64,000 nt of DNA, taken from contig OY970340.1 in assembly GCA_963717465.1 (NCBI GenBank), positions 864,001 through 928,000 on the forward strand. Reading direction: 5' to 3'. A program made the position numbers and the translations under genes. The first letter of the stretch is position 1. Every line of letters begins with the position of its first letter. Positions 62,355-64,000 of this stretch are shown in pieces. The notes beneath the pieces are model-generated. The model was not told where the DNA came from. It did no database searches and was given only the letters and a program-made list of their open reading frames with translations. The DNA comes from Candidatus Bathyarchaeota archaeon. Its GTDB lineage: Archaea; Thermoproteota; Bathyarchaeia; Bathyarchaeales; Bathycorpusculaceae.

Positions 62355-62498
62355 TTATCGTATGGCTTCGTCTAGTTTTGATTCGCGTTTTGTTTTGGTG
62401 ACTTCGTTGAATAGTTCGAGGCATTCTTTTTTTGTTGGTGCTTCTATACCTATGCTTCCGTAGGCGCCGATGTCTATTCTATATCTTTTCCTGTCCAT
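62355..62498 (-). CDS. small hypothetical protein (47 aa, MDRKRYRIDIGAYG...)
   Basis: hand-translated ORF below the track cutoff. Confidence 0.5.
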   Translation of the reverse strand: MDRKRYRIDIGAYGSIGIEAPTKKECLELFNEVTKTKRESKLDEAIR

Positions 62499-62597
62499 TC
62501 TATCTTCATTTTGAGTTATGATCCTTCTCCCCCTGATACGAAATAATATTAGATTTAGTACAACGTATGGTGTACATAATTATAAGGTTAATCCCTG

Positions 62598-63359
62598 TTA
62601 ACCGATAAAATCGAGAATTTTCTTTGGATTAAAAACAACAAACCGAGCGTACTTAAGGTATCTACCAATCCTCGGAATCAACCCCGCCGCGTCAGTCCCA
62701 AGTTTACAAGTCAAAACATGCTCAAACAACCCAAAAGAATCAACACCAATAACATCCCTAAACAGCCTTGCACGCTCAACAACCGCCTCCACTTCGTCAA
62801 GAGAAGAACCTAAAATAATCAACCTATCCAACAAAGCCTCCTCCCACAAACGAATTCTTTCAATCTGATCTGAAGAAAACTCTGCCTGCATAAAGCCTTG
62901 TTCGTCTTCTAACCCAATAATTCTCACGCTTATCGGTAATCCTTCACAAAAACCGTAAAGCTTAGCAATTTCACTTAAAGGAATTTTTCTTCCACGCATA
63001 AGTTGCTCTTGCAAATAAGCCAAAGACACTTTTGCCATGATACTTTTAGGTTCAAAAACCCCAATATCCACAAGCAAAGCATCACCGTTTTTTGCAGTCT
63101 TGATAATGTAGCCTTTGAAAGTCGACGAAACTGCGACTTCACCAATGCTTTTTGGGCAAATTCCAATTTCCCTTGAAACATAACTTGTGGCAATAGCTTC
63201 ATCTTCCCCGGAAAGCGAAACTTGCACCCAATTCCCAACAGCATTACCTTGAACTTTTACTTCCACAGCCAAATTTTCAAATTCAGCAGTTAACAGTTGC
63301 TCGATTTTTCTAAGTTGGTGCACACTAGAAGTCTTAACTAGTAAATTCACGTTTACCAT
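62598..63359 (-). CDS. DUF2110-family protein
   Basis: GEDE..A, VDIG, CK.GTDA.G; conserved archaeal synteny. Confidence 0.8.
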   Translation of the reverse strand: MVNVNLLVKTSSVHQLRKIEQLLTAEFENLAVEVKVQGNAVGNWVQVSLSGEDEAIATSYVSREIGICPKSIGEVAVSSTFKGYIIKTAKNGDALLVDIGVFEPKSIMAKVSLAYLQEQLMRGRKIPLSEIAKLYGFCEGLPISVRIIGLEDEQGFMQAEFSSDQIERIRLWEEALLDRLIILGSSLDEVEAVVERARLFRDVIGVDSFGLFEHVLTCKLGTDAAGLIPRIGRYLKYARFVVFNPKKILDFIG

Positions 63360-63362
63360 AGC

Positions 63363-63887
63363 TTATTGCTCTAACAGTTTAGTTATTTCTTCATTGAGCC
63401 TTCTAACTCTTTCCGCAGCCTCATCTTTATGCTCAGCTCTCAACTGATTGACCGTTATGTCTATAGATACTCTTTTTGAATTATCAACCAGTTTATCAGC
63501 ATAAGAAACAATTTTCTCCTCCAAAGAAACGGGAAAATAATCCTCTTCTGGCCAACCAAATTTATTCGCTTCTTGAGCCGTAATGCCTCCACCGATATGC
63601 CTTTTGATAATCAAAATTACAGGCTCAGGTAAACCAAGAGACTTTGCAATTTTAGCTCCAACAACAACGTGGTCAACAGACTGCGTTTTTGAACGGCCAA
63701 TATCATGAAGCAAAGCTCCTACTTCAATCAAACTTAAATCCAGCTTGAACCCTTTTTCAGAAAGCTGCTCGCCAGTTTCCACAGCTAATTTCGCAACATC
63801 TAAACAATGCTCAATTACTTTTGGATGGCAGCTAGTTTTGTAAAGAAGCTGAATTGCTTGCTCCCTTGACGGAAGCTGCTTACTCAC
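63363..63887 (-). CDS. HDIG/HD-domain hydrolase (TIGR00295-like)
   Basis: H..V, LLHDIGR, RHIG.GI, EEKIV.YADKL. Confidence 0.9.
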   Translation of the reverse strand: MSKQLPSREQAIQLLYKTSCHPKVIEHCLDVAKLAVETGEQLSEKGFKLDLSLIEVGALLHDIGRSKTQSVDHVVVGAKIAKSLGLPEPVILIIKRHIGGGITAQEANKFGWPEEDYFPVSLEEKIVSYADKLVDNSKRVSIDITVNQLRAEHKDEAAERVRRLNEEITKLLEQ

Positions 63888-64000
63888 CCAGTTCCTTCCT
63901 TAATATTTCCACTTTTTCCGATAATTTGGCAACCATTTTTTCGTTTCCAAAATGCACCAGAGGTTTGCCGCAGGATGAACAGTGGAAAACTAATTCGACA
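63880..64000 (-). CDS. tfe: transcription factor E (TFIIE-alpha), C-terminal part
   Basis: ELVFHCSSCGKPL Zn ribbon plus helix; tfe-HDIG-DUF2110 order. Confidence 0.75.
   Translation of the reverse strand, partial: VELVFHCSSCGKPLVHFGNEKMVAKLSEKVEILRKELGE

Overview
Archaeal chromosomal segment. The lineage is probably Bathyarchaeia/TACK, inferred from archaeal uS12/uS7, the tfe-HDIG-DUF2110 order, a single-OB SSB, an intron-containing tRNA and GGAGGTGA SD sites. Core genes: pyrB, rps12/rps7, DRG GTPase, trxB, a SudAB/Nfn pair with an upstream ferredoxin-MvhD fusion, LutAB-like genes and a glycosylation cluster. Accessory regions: (i) 12.6-20.3 kb, with a DDE IS whose TIR geometry encloses a GC-rich TetR/SDR module, plus PD-(D/E)XK and GIY-YIG nucleases; (ii) 37.8-40.6 kb, six KGG/GsiB-like hydrophilin genes with DUF2795 and Hsp20; (iii) a ~6.8-kb element integrated in tRNA-Val(TAC), with an SSV-type split integrase, an iteron-like array, an adenine MTase and a GHKL-ATPase three-gene operon (candidate new defence system). 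The most striking single gene is an ArsR-HTH/ATP-cone/class III RNR fusion that has lost the glycyl-radical and catalytic Cys motifs, a candidate dNTP-sensing pseudoenzyme regulator. Two unexplained structured RNA candidates and a degenerate tRNA-Ile are also present. Many housekeeping genes carry single frameshifts, most likely assembly indel errors. No CRISPR array or rRNA was seen. All family assignments are by motif recognition, not database search.
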